DNA from: Lophium mytilinum
Taxonomy: Eukaryota
Reading direction: 5' to 3'
Assembly: GCA_010093605.1 (NCBI GenBank)
Contig: MU004183.1
Location: 2,294,001-2,358,000 of the forward strand
Length of the DNA stretch: 64,000 nt
The position numbers were made by a program, and so were the translations under genes. Positions 1 to 12,319 of the stretch are shown here, piece by piece. How positions within the stretch are numbered: the stretch's first letter is position 1; each line of letters starts with the position of its first letter. Under the pieces are notes generated by a model, which searched no databases, was not told the DNA's origin, and was given only the letters and a program-made list of their open reading frames with translations.

Positions 1-470
1 ACAACATCTTTTGTGATTTTGTGAAGACCGCCGAAATGTCAATGCCAAATATCTCAGAACGAGTGTACATCTGTTGGGTAATCCCTCCCACGTCAATTCC
101 ACCATAGCACCATCCTACCAACATATCTTACTCCCTTCTCAAATAGCAAGGCGACACGCCCTCAGAACCAACCACCACCCTCGTCACGACCTCCAAAGAG
201 AACTATTTTGTCGATATCCGCATCTACAGACGCTTCGACCCCTCGGGACCCGACCTCCCCCTCCCAACCACGGGCGGCCCCATCCAACGTCTCGAATGGG
301 CCTTTGCCGGCATCAGCGAAAGCTGGGACTTTGACACCGACTCCACCAGCTCGGCCCCACCTCTCAGCGACCACGATGTCCAGCAGCAGCAGCAGCCTAA
401 GAACGCCCGCTGGTGGCACTGGGTCGACTCCACCTTCCCCCTCTTCCCTGCCCACTGGCTACCCGCCACC

Positions 471-1100
471 ATGGCCTACGAGCAGGCCTTCGCCCGCCCG
501 CCACACGTCATGAGCAGCATCTCGGAGGACCCCTTTGTCGACATCGCCTCGCCAACCTTCTCGAACGCGTCGACGCTGCTCGCCGGCGACGCTGCGGCCA
601 CGACGACGCTCCCGCCGACGACTCTCCCACCGCTGACGCGCTTCGCGCCCGTCCTGGACGCCGGCGTACTGCACCCCGTGCCGCACGATGCGGCGCTGAC
701 GCTGGAGACGGGAGTTATGCCGCACCCAGCTACGGGGCTGCAGACGCCGTACGAGGAGATGTGGCGGGATGTCGTAATTGAGGCCGCGGAGGAGGAGAAG
801 GGGCGGTGTAGTGTTGTGCTGACGCTGGAGATGGCGGAAATCTGCGCGAGGGGGGTGCTGGTCAGGGTGGGCCAGTGGTGTCAGGGGGTGTTGATGATTG
901 GGACGCAGATTACGTGTGAGCGGTGGGAGTTTGTCAGCGGAGAGGGGGCCAAGGGGGAGTGGGTGAGGAGGGTGAGGATAGGGGATGGGTTCTTGCCTAC
1001 GGGCGTGGTGTTTAGCATGGCGGAGGTGAAGGTGGGGGATGTTTGTAGGAAGGAGGCCATGGTGTGGGTTGTGAGGGAGAAGTTTGAGTGGAGTGAGTGA
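471..1100 (+). CDS. hypothetical protein (209 aa)
   Basis: ATG-initiated ORF with strongly GC3-biased codons; no recognisable motif; true start may be upstream. Confidence 0.5.
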   Translation: MAYEQAFARPPHVMSSISEDPFVDIASPTFSNASTLLAGDAAATTTLPPTTLPPLTRFAPVLDAGVLHPVPHDAALTLETGVMPHPATGLQTPYEEMWRDVVIEAAEEEKGRCSVVLTLEMAEICARGVLVRVGQWCQGVLMIGTQITCERWEFVSGEGAKGEWVRRVRIGDGFLPTGVVFSMAEVKVGDVCRKEAMVWVVREKFEWSE

Positions 1101-1510
1101 GGGGGCTTTGGGTATTGGGCCGAGGTCTGAAAGGGGTTTTGGTGTCTTGAATTCAGGTTTGGAGGTTGTATAATGAGTTTGGTTTCTAAAGAGCTACCTA
1201 CTAGAACTCCCGAAGACTTAATAGCTCCTTCACAGTAGTAGCAAATGCTCATTCTACACATGCATAACGAAATTTCCGAATTGTCCAAACTTATTATAAT
1301 ACGGAAGCCTATAGCTTCTCCCCGGAAAGACGTTGGTCAGTCTGATATAGGCTACAGGCAGCTTTGCTTCATATTCTCTGTGCCATCCGATATTGTACGA
1401 GAGCTTGATTCCTACCGAATTCTCATAATCTAGTATGTATGTACATCTTATACAACCCCAAGGGTGCAAGGATCAGACCACCTCAACATTCCGCCCAACA
1501 GCCTTCCCGC

Positions 1511-3139
1511 CTAAGTTCCCACATCCCCCCCAAACCCAACCGGCCGCCTACCCTCTTTCCCAGGCACATGCGGCACAATCGCCATGGCCTTATATATCCG
1601 CCCCATCCCCGTCGGGCCCCGATCCACCAACCGCTTCCACCCTTCCTCAATCCTATCCACCCCCTCTTCCCCTTTCTTCCCCCTCGCCTTCCGCACCAGC
1701 ACCTCCGCTCGCTCCCGAATCCCCATCGCGCCCAGCCACACCCCCTGCTCGACCGGCCCATGCACCTCCACCCCCGGCGACGCCTTGATCGCCGCCTCGG
1801 CCAGCGCCACAAAGTCCACATCCGCCGAGATGTCGACTCTGCCCGGCGCCGCGAGCGGGGAGACGGGCGTGTGGGCGCGGATGCCGCGGAGCGAGTTGGT
1901 GGGGATCGTGGCCGAGGGGCCGTAGTCCAGGATCAAGGCCGCGCCAGATGGAGGCGAGGCGGCGGCGTCGGTGGAGCCGCCGATGCGGGTCGCGAAGTCG
2001 GCGGCGTAGGAGAGGGACTCCGGGGAGATTTCGATGATGGAGCCGGGGGTTTTGGCGAGGGCGGTGTAGCGCGGGGAGGTGAGGGGGAGGTATTGGCTGT
2101 GCGGGGTCGGGGCGGTGGAGAGGGTGAGTTGGAAGTCGAGGGGGGAAGGGGTGGTGGAGGAGGGGGAGTGTTCGGGGGTTGGGGAGATGAGGAGTTCGCG
2201 CCATTGGGAGCTTGGGGGGGCTTTTGGGCGGGGGATTGGGCCGGTGGGGGTGAGGATGGGGGAGGTGTCGGGGGTGGGTTCTATGCTTTGGAAGACGTGG
2301 ATTGGGAGGGCGTCGAAGAATTCGTGGGCGATAATGAAGGGTGATTTCGTGGCGTCTTATGGTTGTTAGCATCAAGTAAAGTGTCATATTAAACAGAAAA
2401 CCAACCCTTGGGTATAAATCTGATATCCTCACACCAGATGATGTTGAGATTTTCGAAGTATTTGCACTTGCTCTGAAAGCCGATATCAATCTCTTCCATG
2501 ACTGCATCACCGCAGAGCAACTTCTTCTGAGCATCCCGTAGGGACGGACTGGCTTCGATCATGTAGATGGCCTCGACACTGTCAGCCATGGGCTTGAAGT
2601 TTCGAATTGTCTGTGCTCTGTCAGTCTATAATCCATGATTCTCAACGAATCGAGGACGCATACGCGCAACATATCATCCATCAAAGTACCTCGGCCAGGT
2701 CCAACCTCCATTATGTGCACTCCCGAGCTCTTTTTGCCCTGGGCAATCCATTCTGCAACGACCCAGACGCCAACTAACTCTCCAAAGACCTGAGATATCT
2801 CAGGAGAAGTTATAAAGTCCCCCTTCCTCCCGAATTGATCCCCTTCATCATTACGGCTGGTGTAGTATCCTCCGTCGGGCGATGTGAGGCATTGGCGCAT
2901 GTAAGCTGCTACGGAGACTGGGCCGGTTGTCTTTATTTGAATCAGATATTGTTATACTAGACAAGAAGGGAAGAAAATACCGTTATAGCCTCAGCTAGCG
3001 ATTTGGCAAGCGGCGTCGACCACTGTCGACTCTCTGACGACGACCATCTCGCGCCGCTGGCAAATGAGGGGCGCGCGACAGGGCGCTGGCGGAGGCATCG
3101 AGATACGGCGGTCGCGATGCTGCGGGGATTGGCTTTCAT
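1511..3139 (-). CDS. NDUFAF7: mitochondrial protein arginine methyltransferase, NDUFAF7/MidA family (spliced)
   Basis: Arg-rich presequence (MKANPRSIATAVSRCLRQR); YMRQCLTSPDGGYY, GDFITSPEISQVFGE, EVGPGRGTLMDD, IAHEFFDALP, ILDYGP and PGRVDISADVDF motifs across GT-AG exons. Confidence 0.9.
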
Positions 3140-3299
3140 ACCGGGGCTATATAATGCGCGCAGTCCATGATGAGGGAAACAAGTTAGAATGAATCGCGTA
3201 CTTGAAATTTGGTGTTTCACCGAGGCTGCAGGTGGAGCTATGACATCTTTCCTCACCACCAACCTCAATATCTCGCGACCACGACAAGCTGTAGCGAAC

Positions 3300-4840
3300 A
3301 TGGCTGGTGGCGCATCTAGGTGGGCGAACGACAAGGAGGACGAAGTGCTTGAAGCTCAGCGCAAGAAGGAGAAGGAAGAAAAGAAGCGCGCGAAGCTTGA
3401 AAAGCAGCGCAAGCTTGAAGAAGCAGAAGCTAGGCGCAAGCAGGCTGCTGAACCTGAGTCCACCCAGGGACTGCAAAATGAAGTAGAGAGGCCGGTAAAA
3501 AGAAGGAGGCTATCGAATGAGCGAGACGATGGGGATGTGCCAGATCAGCCACGGCGATTGATGCGTTTTGTGGCACCTGAATGGGGACCCTGCAGGCACG
3601 TAGACAATTTCGAGCGCCTCAACCATATTGAGGAAGGGTCCTATGGCTGGGTCTCAAGAGCCCGGGAGACAGCTACTGGAGAGGTGGTAGCGCTTAAGAA
3701 ATTGAAGATGGACAACCTGAATGATGGGTTTCCTGTCACGGCATTGCGCGAAATTCAAACACTGAAAGAGTCGAGGCACCGACATGTTGTCGATCTGAGG
3801 GAGGTGGTCGTTGGCGATACCCTAGATGAGTTCGTAACATCTATGCATCTATCTCCTAAGACGGTATGGCTGATTGAGAGCAGTGTCTTTTTGGTCATGG
3901 AATTCTTAGAACATGATCTTAAGACTTTACAGGAAGACATGGCGGAACCCTTCCTGCCCTCAGAGATCAAAACACTACTCATACAGCTTTCCTCTGCTGT
4001 AGAATTCCTACACGATCACTGGATTCTCCATGTACGTACAATCACTCAATCTGGTAGACTAGCTAGCTAATCCGTGAACAGAGAGACCTGAAAACCTCAA
4101 ATGTACGCCAACAGCACTATGTCACTTTCCCAACCCCTTCTAACATCTCTTAGATCCTAATGAACAACCGCGGCGAACTCAAACTCGCCGACTTCGGCAT
4201 GGCCCGCTACTTCGGCGACCCATCCCCGCCAAAAATGACCCAACTCGTCGTCACCCTCTGGTATCGCGCCCCCGAACTCCTCCTCGGCACCACAACCTAC
4301 GGCAAGCCCGTCGACATGTGGAGCGTCGGCTGCATCTTCGGCGAGCTGCTGACCAAAGCGCCCCTCCTCCAAGGCAAGAACGAAGTCGACGAGCTGGCGA
4401 AGATCTTCGAGCTCTGCGGCATCCCCACCGAAGATTCGTGGCCCGGCTTCAAACGCCTGCCGAACGCGAAGAGCCTGAGGCTCCCGCGAACCCCTCAGAC
4501 ACAGGGCTCGATTATCCGGTCGAAGTTTCCGTTTCTAACGGGTGCAGGGGCGGCGTTGTTGACGAGTCTGTTGTCGCTGAACCCCGAGCGGAGGCCGTCG
4601 GCTGCGGAAATGCTGGCGCATCCCTATTTCAAAGAAGACCCCAGGCCGAAAGCGACGGCGATGTTTCCAACGTTCCCTAGCAAGGCGGGACAGGAGAAGC
4701 GGAGGAGAGTGGCGAGTCCGAGTGCGCCGCAGAGGGGGCAGGCGCCGAAGATTGATGCCGGGGAGGTGGACTTCAGTGGCATCTTTGCAGGGAGGGACTT
4801 GGAGGAGAGCGGTGCTGGATTCCAACTAAAGTTGGTGTAG
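3300..4840 (+). CDS. CDK11/PITSLRE-like cyclin-dependent Ser/Thr kinase (spliced)
   Basis: IEEGSYGWV, ALKKLKM, GFPVTALREI, H|RDLKTSN|IL, ADFGMAR, VVTLWYRAPE, FPTFPSKAGQEKRRR; introns 3830-3883, 4032-4081, 4103-4153. Confidence 0.92.
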
Positions 4841-5659
4841 GTAGCAGCTACGAGTCGGGTCAGGGGCCGTGATGGGTTACAGCGAAACTTGAATTTCTCA
4901 GTGACCACCTCAGACGGTGGCGAAATGTGTGCACAGACTGGACCTAAGACCTGTCACCCTACATGATATGATGTCTATAAGTTTATTGAGGCACCAAAAG
5001 CAATAGTAGGATGATGGCCCAAGACCTTCGGCGAGGCCGGTCCAGGTCTCGTGCGTTCACGCCCGTGATATGAAGAGAATGGTATGTCACGAGACTCTCC
5101 CCTGATAGCGAGCGCTAGTACCAAGTAACGAGCGTGGCATGTGAGGTGGCACGTTGTGTCTCTTCCTATGACAGCCTCACTACTTATTAGACGTTACCCA
5201 TCTCCGTAGTATGTTTAGCTGGTCTAGGCCTACTATCTTACCCTCATTGACACCATAGCCCTTCACTATTCTGCCTCGCCTTCGTAAGAGGTACCGAGAT
5301 CGCACGAGAGACCGGCACATCAGGTGCCTCGTTCGTATCTGCCTCGCCATCACCTATATGTTGTTAATCCCCGTTATACGAGCATCTAGCCATGCGTCCA
5401 TTTCGTTTCCTGCGCTGTTACTGGAAGCCTTCACTGATCACGGACTGGACCAGAACATTCTCCAAGATTCCTCGAACCACTGCTCCCGTGGCAAAATGCA
5501 CCTGTTAAGAGCAGGTCCAGCAGCTCAAGCGGCATCCTTTATTTCGTTTAACCTTGACGTTGGCCTCCCTACCGGCGGCCCTGCCCAACCGGCTCTCCGG
5601 CGAGCACGGATCGGCGATCAAGTTCCTTTTGACCTGCCAGGAGCCAACCATAGACCGCT

Positions 5660-6203
5660 GCCACCTCCCGTCTAACGGCTTACGTACGTGTCCACTCGCA
5701 AGACCCTCCGCGCGGTGAAGGCGACATGCAAGAGCTTCCAAGGTTGTACTGGTGTGGTGGAGACTGGGGCAAAGCAGGTTTGAATCTTGAAGGCTATTTG
5801 AACTACAATCGTGCCAACGCCGCAGACGTGAGAGAGTGAAAGGATGGTATGGAGGACTTTGTAAGTACATAGAAGAGATCGAGAGCTGATGTTTTTATTG
5901 CAGGCATTGTCTGAGCTGGCAAAGATACGAGGTTTTGACGGAGACGGACAAACCTCCGAGGAGAACAACATTCGCTACTGTTTCGACCACAATACGGAAG
6001 GGGATGTTACAAACAACGAGACGTGGAATGGAAAGATACTGCGAGAAGGACGTGGACGGCTCGAAGGAAGAGTTGGAAAGGTGTCGTCGAGTGTCACGAT
6101 CCCCCGTTGCCCAGAACCTTCGGGAGGGCCGAGCCACACTGGAGCACGAGAGTATCATCTGACGGCGTGGACTACAGTGGCACACCAGTCAAGGCTAGGC
6201 TAA
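5660..6203 (+). pseudogene. possible decayed gene fragment
   Basis: Frame MQELPRLYWCGGDWGKAGLNLEGYLNYNRANAADVRE*KDGMEDF joins in frame through a GTAAGT..GCTGAT..GCAG intron to ALSELAKIRGFDGDG...; one internal TGA; family unknown. Confidence 0.3.
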
Positions 6204-6485
6204 ACCCCCTTGGATATTGTATCCTACGCAGCAGCGCTTCTGACTTCGTTCTTGCAGATTCGAAAGTGTTCCCGGGGTCCTCCCAACCGACGACCACACC
6301 TCACCCTCCCTCCGTCCCTCCCTCCTTACCGCCGAATACTCCGAACACCGCTACATCTTGCTATTCAAACAAGAGTCATCGCGCATCACCGTGGATACTC
6401 CCTCGACGCGCTGTATAACTTCATCTCCTCTCGCTTTCGTTTTCGTCAAATTCGTAACGTCGGCCTCGGAGTGCATCATACCTCT

Positions 6486-7675
6486 TCAGCGACTAGACGC
6501 GCCCGCCTCGACGACTTCCTCTCGGCCTGCAACATCTACATCCTCATACTCCCTCGCTTCTTCTCTACATGTTCCTAGCAGCGTTGTCAAGTGCCGCCGC
6601 ACTTCTGGATGAAAATTGCTCGCCGACGCCCCCTCTGCTAGCTCCAACGCCTCCTCCCCCTTCGACATCGCCTCGAACAAATCCGCCGACTCCTTGGCGC
6701 GTGTGTACCGCACGTATAGCGCATGTGCCAGCCGAGACAGGATATGCGGGAGAAACGAGCTGCCGTCGCCCCTGCCCGCCTGCTCCGCCTTCTGCAGCGT
6801 GATGACGGTCTCCTCGATATGCAGGAACTGCTCGTTCTGGTCGTAGAGGGCGCGCAGACAGCTCGCGAGGTTCAGCAGCCGGGTGGGCAGCCGAGCATCG
6901 CTGGCATCCGTCTTGTCGACGGCTTCCTTCGCAAACGAGACGGCTTGCTCGAGATGCTCCACCTCGCCCTCCTTCTCGTACATGGACAGGTACATGGTCG
7001 AGAGGTCGTTGTGCACGGTGGCGGCATTGCTGCCACTGGCTGCCAGCGAGTCCTTTGCTTTCCGGATCGCGGCCTCGATGTCTTCGGTGGCGCCGTCGGC
7101 TTCGTACCGCGTGCACAGCGCGTTCGCCTGGTTCATGAGGATGACGGCCTGCAGGCCCGACTCCTCGGTCAAGCTGCGCAGTGCCTCGCCGTAGACATTG
7201 ATTGCGTCGTCCAGGTCTTTGCGGTCGCCGAATCTCTCATACCGGAGCGTCAGGCGGCTGCCCTGCAGCGCATGCCACTGTGCCGCCCTCGAGTGCCCTG
7301 GTGGTTGCTGGAAGCTAGCGCGGGCCCCAGACACGCAAGCGTCTCTGCTGCGCGAGTTTGCGCGCTGCAGGTCGTCGTCATTCCCTGTTATTTCGTACTT
7401 TGAGAAGTATAGATCGGCTAGTCGGTCGAGGTGCACCGCCTGGAATGCCGGCTGGGTAGTTGTAGCCGTCCGGGACGCCTCGACGGTAGCTGCTTCGAGC
7501 TGCTGGATGGCAGCCTCAATCGTTTCTAACGTCTGCGGCGGCTCATCCTCAGAAATACCTGGAACCCGTGTTAAAGGCCTTCTCGAACGTCGTGGACAGT
7601 TGTGGAACGCTGCTGAAGATCTTTCTGGCACTTACGATCACCTGACGAGCCTGGACGAGGTGGCGACATCGACAT
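6486..7675 (-). CDS. TPR-repeat protein resembling the N-terminal part of fungal TPR-CHAT proteins, without a CHAT domain
   Basis: ATG at 7675, intron 7635-7559; repeated helices KYEITGNDDDLQRA, RYERFGDRKDLDDAI, RYEADGATEDIEAAI, MYEKEGEVEHLEQAV, RYTRAKESADLFEAM. Confidence 0.75.
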
Positions 7676-9731
7676 GGTGGGGGCAGAAGACTATGATCAA
7701 AAAAGTCCCGACGACGCCTACATCTGCCTGACTTGTCGCATGTCTTTTAAAAATTAGCTCTGCTCTCGCCAGACAGAATGGTGGTCGTCTCCCGGGAAAG
7801 GTTCAAGGCACCTTCGAAGGGCACGTCAGACTCGCTGCCCGAACCTTGGCAATCGGCGGAGCTGCTGAGCCAATCTGCACAAGATCTCCACGCTCTGCTC
7901 GCTATGATGTGACTATCATGGCACTATACAGAGAGGGGTCCAGAAATGGTCGTAGTTGAGTGATGCGCGCCCGCCTAGACATGCGGCATGCAGTGCCGGA
8001 CGAGCAAGCGATCTCTACCGAAGCGCCCCCTTCCTGGAGAATGATGGGCTTCTGGCCAAATCCCACCCTGTTTGTCGTGCACCGTCACTGAACGTCTTGG
8101 GATTCCTAGCCCTACCGCGTCGAACCTCTGCCACGCCCCATGTGCCTCACATACCCGAGGGCGCGGTGGTCTGACTTATCGCCCCATCGGTATGCAGCTG
8201 CGTCATTGTTTGGCTAGGCTGCGGCTTTGCAGCATGTCGGCTTGTTGCTGGGAGAGGCTGGGTGGGCTGGGCTGTTCGATGCAACGCGCGCATCCTGCCC
8301 GAAATCGTGGTGCAGTCGTGATCTGGCGCTAGGGAGGTAGTGTCGAATCGTACCTTGAGGGTTGTGCTATGTTAAGAGGTAAAGACTACAGTAGACTTCG
8401 CAGCGCCTCAAGGGCTCGGCAATCGCTCCGAGTTGGAATGGAATGTCGGAAGCCTTTTTCGACAAGTCCAACATAGGTAAGTCATCACGCCCTAATAATC
8501 TGGGTCAGAGGACCATCGAAAAACCCTGTGCTGCAAATTTCTTCCAAAAAGCAGCTTCAATCCATCTTTGAACAGCCATTGAGACCACACGACGTGTTTC
8601 GATCAGTAAAAAAAACGACCACGCGACACAAGCTCTCTGAGCAATGGTTCGAGTCGCGAGGGGCTAGCAACGGCTCTGACCAAACAGCAGATGTGATGGC
8701 CAGACATTTCTCGCCTAGAACCGTTTGCAGTCCATTGCGCGAACGCTGGTGATGTCTGACAGGCCGTCTGGCTCGGTGGTCCTATCAGATGATCCTAAAA
8801 GGATCGAGAGATGCGAAAACAGCGGAGACTACCATCGCGAGACGATTCGGTACGGTCGACGGAGCGGAGGACGGAGCATGGCTTTGAAAGCGGCGCTACT
8901 GGGGCCGAAGGCTAGATGGGTCCGTCATGCAGGTACAGATGCGGGCGCGATATCAGGTGAGGTTTAATCCGTGCTGCGTTTTGCGTGGTGAGAGGTGAAG
9001 GAATGCCATTTGTAAAGGAGCGTAACATGTCGGTAGGTAATTTGGATGGCAAAGCTTGCAATTGCGACACAGCGACTGTAAATTGGATGATGGAGTTATC
9101 ACTGTGCAGCTCGAAGACGTTGGAATTGGGTTCCAGGGTCCATCGGGCCATTTGATGCGCATGCCCAGCGAACGGTCTAGACGCTACTCGACTAGGGATC
9201 CAGTCACGTAGTATTGATAGGCATGCCGAGCTATCTCCGTGTTCAAAGACATCGGTTTGATTGATTCAAGTATCTTGCAGATCACGTGCTTGATTACTCG
9301 TAGCGAACGCCCCTCATACCCTCGACTCGACGGCTCAAAAATACTCGACACTGCTGGCGCGGACCAGCAAGAGGGATGGATCACATATCTCTAGTCGATG
9401 CTTTGGCATACAAGTTACACAGATACGTAGTCCCAAAAGTGGAGCAGACTTATGACGAGGCATTGCATAGTTATAATTCCCTGCCCCCCAGTTAGAATCA
9501 TGTCAAGTATCTTCATCCCATTATTCTGTCGTGGCGAATGTACCTCGTGATCATCGTATAGTACAGTACATCATACCCTTCAAGAGCTGAGCAACTCTAC
9601 GCCAAAGTGCAACCACGCGTCGATCAATATGGCGTACGCTCAACCCGACTGGTCCAAAGCTAACGCCTGCTTGGAAACATCACACCGAACGCCAGCGCTG
9701 TGAAAAAAATAAGACCCACCCAAATCAAAGT

Positions 9732-11527
9732 CTACCGCGAGCCATCTCCGCTACGTCTATGGCCCTCGCCATTATCCTGCGACTCGGGTCCTCTACCAGG
9801 ATTTGATCTCGAAGCACCGCCAGGGGTACCAGAACTGTTCGATGCCTCCCCTTCAGGAACAGTGTCAGTACCTCTCCTCGTACGGACACTGAAAACTTCT
9901 TGGAGGCGGGCGCTCATCCTCTTTCTCCGAGATGCATCCAGCGGCTCATCGGGATTCCCTCCAGCTCCACCTGTATTAGCTGCAGTGCTGGAGTCTGCCG
10001 GGACGTCTTCGGCCTGTCTACGCTCCTCTCTCAAACGTCGTAATGCAGCAAGACGTTCCTCGGTGGTCGCATTTGGCCTCGATCGAAGACTGAGCATATC
10101 ACGAAGAGCAGAACGGCGACGGTGAGAAGGCTCCGCTTCAGGTTCAAGAGGCGGGGCTAGAAGCTCTGGCGAGTCTGCGTCTTGACTGTTGCGATTTGAT
10201 GTGGAGTCTGACGTAGTAGGACGTAGGTCGATACGGCTGTTGATATATCAGTACGAGTTAAGTTCGAGGAGGGGAACCACGCGATCTTACCAGAGAGGGC
10301 ACGTGCCAGATACGTTCAAAAGCCAAGGATCGACACAAGCGGGGTGGAACTTGTGATTGCATGGGAGCACCCGAATATCCTGGCCTTTCTCGAAGTCATC
10401 TGTGCAGATTGAACAGCCAAGCGCTTCGTCTGACGATGAGCCTGGAGTGCCGGTGGCTATTACTGGTAGAGGCTCGGCAGCTGAGATGCCATTTTCCTCT
10501 CCGGATTCTCCGTGAAGATGACTATGTTCAGGAGCAGAAGGCGTATCGGTGATTTCCTGGCTGCTGCTCTGGGTGCCTGTTTCGTGAGTGTTGTCCGCGG
10601 CGCCCACATCGCGGGTTTCAGAAGTGGACGCCAATTCCACGTCCGTAGGCTTGGGCGCCTCCCGCTCCCCAAACTTGACGATTGGTAGCGTATCCAACAT
10701 AGCCCGTGCAAGACCTCTAGCTCTGCTCTGTCGAGGTCGGCCCATCATATCCCGGGGTCCATATCGTTCCGGATTGCGATGCGCTCTAATTGCACCAGTG
10801 ACAATGATGATTAGGAAAAGCGCAGTGATTATTCCTGTAATGCTGTACAAAATAATCATGGCGACTGCCGTTGACGGAGAGGGCCCCAATGGATTGCCAT
10901 TGGAGTTGTTCGAGTTGGTGCCATTACCGTCACTTGTGCCGTTGTGCACGATAGTTATGAAGAAGTGCTGAGAAGGCGGGAGCGGTGGTTTTGTCAAGTC
11001 GTTGACTATTGTAGAGGATTCGGAGGAGTTGGTCATGGAGTATATAACAGACTGTGTTATCGAAGCAAAAGGTTTGTCGAGCTGACAGAAATTGAAGGTA
11101 GTGCTATAAAGAATGGCGGCTGTCGCGTTCTGGCCATCCGCTCGCTGCAGGAGACCAGCGGCATCGATGTTCCCTGGGTAGTCTGACGCATCGCAGCTGA
11201 TATAGGCTATGTTGCCCTCGGTCAAATTGGCCACGGTATCGGTGGTTGTAAGGAAGAGGGTTCCTGTCAGGCCGGGTGGGGGCTATCGATAGTCAGTTCC
11301 GTGTGGGCCTGATCGACATGAGAAGATGGTTACAGTACCATATTTTTATTCGCGGCTGAGTCGGTCAAAGCGACAAGTTCCGCGATAGTCGACATCTGCG
11401 AGGTAGCCATCAATTGAAAGGTGCCCGAGGGCTGTGCGCTGGACGTGTTCGAGGACACGACCTGCTGAGCTGCCGCCATGGACCAGAGCAGCGCCAGTGC
11501 CAGCCAGATGGCCGGGAAAGAAGCCAT
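9732..11527 (-). CDS. membrane PA-domain RING-H2 E3 ubiquitin ligase (spliced)
   Basis: Signal peptide MASFPAIWLALALLWSMAAAQ; lumenal domain (AYISCD); TM helix AMIILYSITGIITALFLIIIVTGAI; RING-H2 CSICTDDF..LPCNHKFHPACVDPWL..TCPLC with the last Cys split by an intron. Confidence 0.88.
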
Positions 11528-12319
11528 GGTAGACGAAGCTGCCGTATACCGTCGAGGGACCGAGAAAAGCGGCACGTCGAGAGCGAAGTAAGGGCAGTAA
11601 CGCAGTGGATGATTACGAGTGAAGTATAATAGCGGGGTTTCCGGGAACGGCGAGCATATCTCAAAGTCGCCTGGAAACAGTTCTTGTTAAAAAGCAAAGT
11701 AGATGCGGGCGAGTGGGTGGCAGCATAGCCCTATACACGCGGAGGCGGCGGCATGGCAGTGTGAGAAGTTGGCCGGTGAAGCCGCTTGGGAGTGGTGAAT
11801 GCAAGGACGGAACCGTGTTAGAGGTGCGAAACTCGGCGTTCAATCTGACTGGCGCGCCCTCTCATCCACTAACGTCCGTCGCAAAACCGCCTATAGGCTG
11901 AAACTGGACATGTCTCGCTCCTTTGTCAGATCTTGCACTGCCCCAACATTGTCATCCACCGCCCAGTGATAAATCGCATCTGCTGCTTCTATCGTGACTG
12001 TCTTCCGAGATTTGGAATCCATTCAGCCCTCGACTGTCTTCTGAGATTTGAAATTTGTTTAGCCGTCGTCATCATCTATGAGCCGTCCACTTCCGCGCGA
12101 AGAATCAATAGTCAGGTATGCTGTCTTGCGCCACCTTGGCCGTCATAAACCACCCAAATGAGCAAGCGCCCGCATCTGGCCTCGGATACGTACGATGCCG
12201 TGGGGAAGAGCTAGCTAGGTACTATGTAGAACTACGGGGTAATCTTCATAGCTTCCCCAGTCCACGACCTCCGAGAAAATAAAACATTCGCTACATTGAC
12301 AGTTCGATATATCTTTCCA

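Noticed and set aside
1439..2344. Long antisense ORFs (also 19440-20201, 42071-42892, 52068-53045, 60591-61316)
   Set aside because: Shadows of GC3-rich genes on the opposite strand, with no independent motifs.
7740..9650. Several short ORFs in a 2-kb intergenic region
   Set aside because: No motifs, codon bias or consistent splice pattern.
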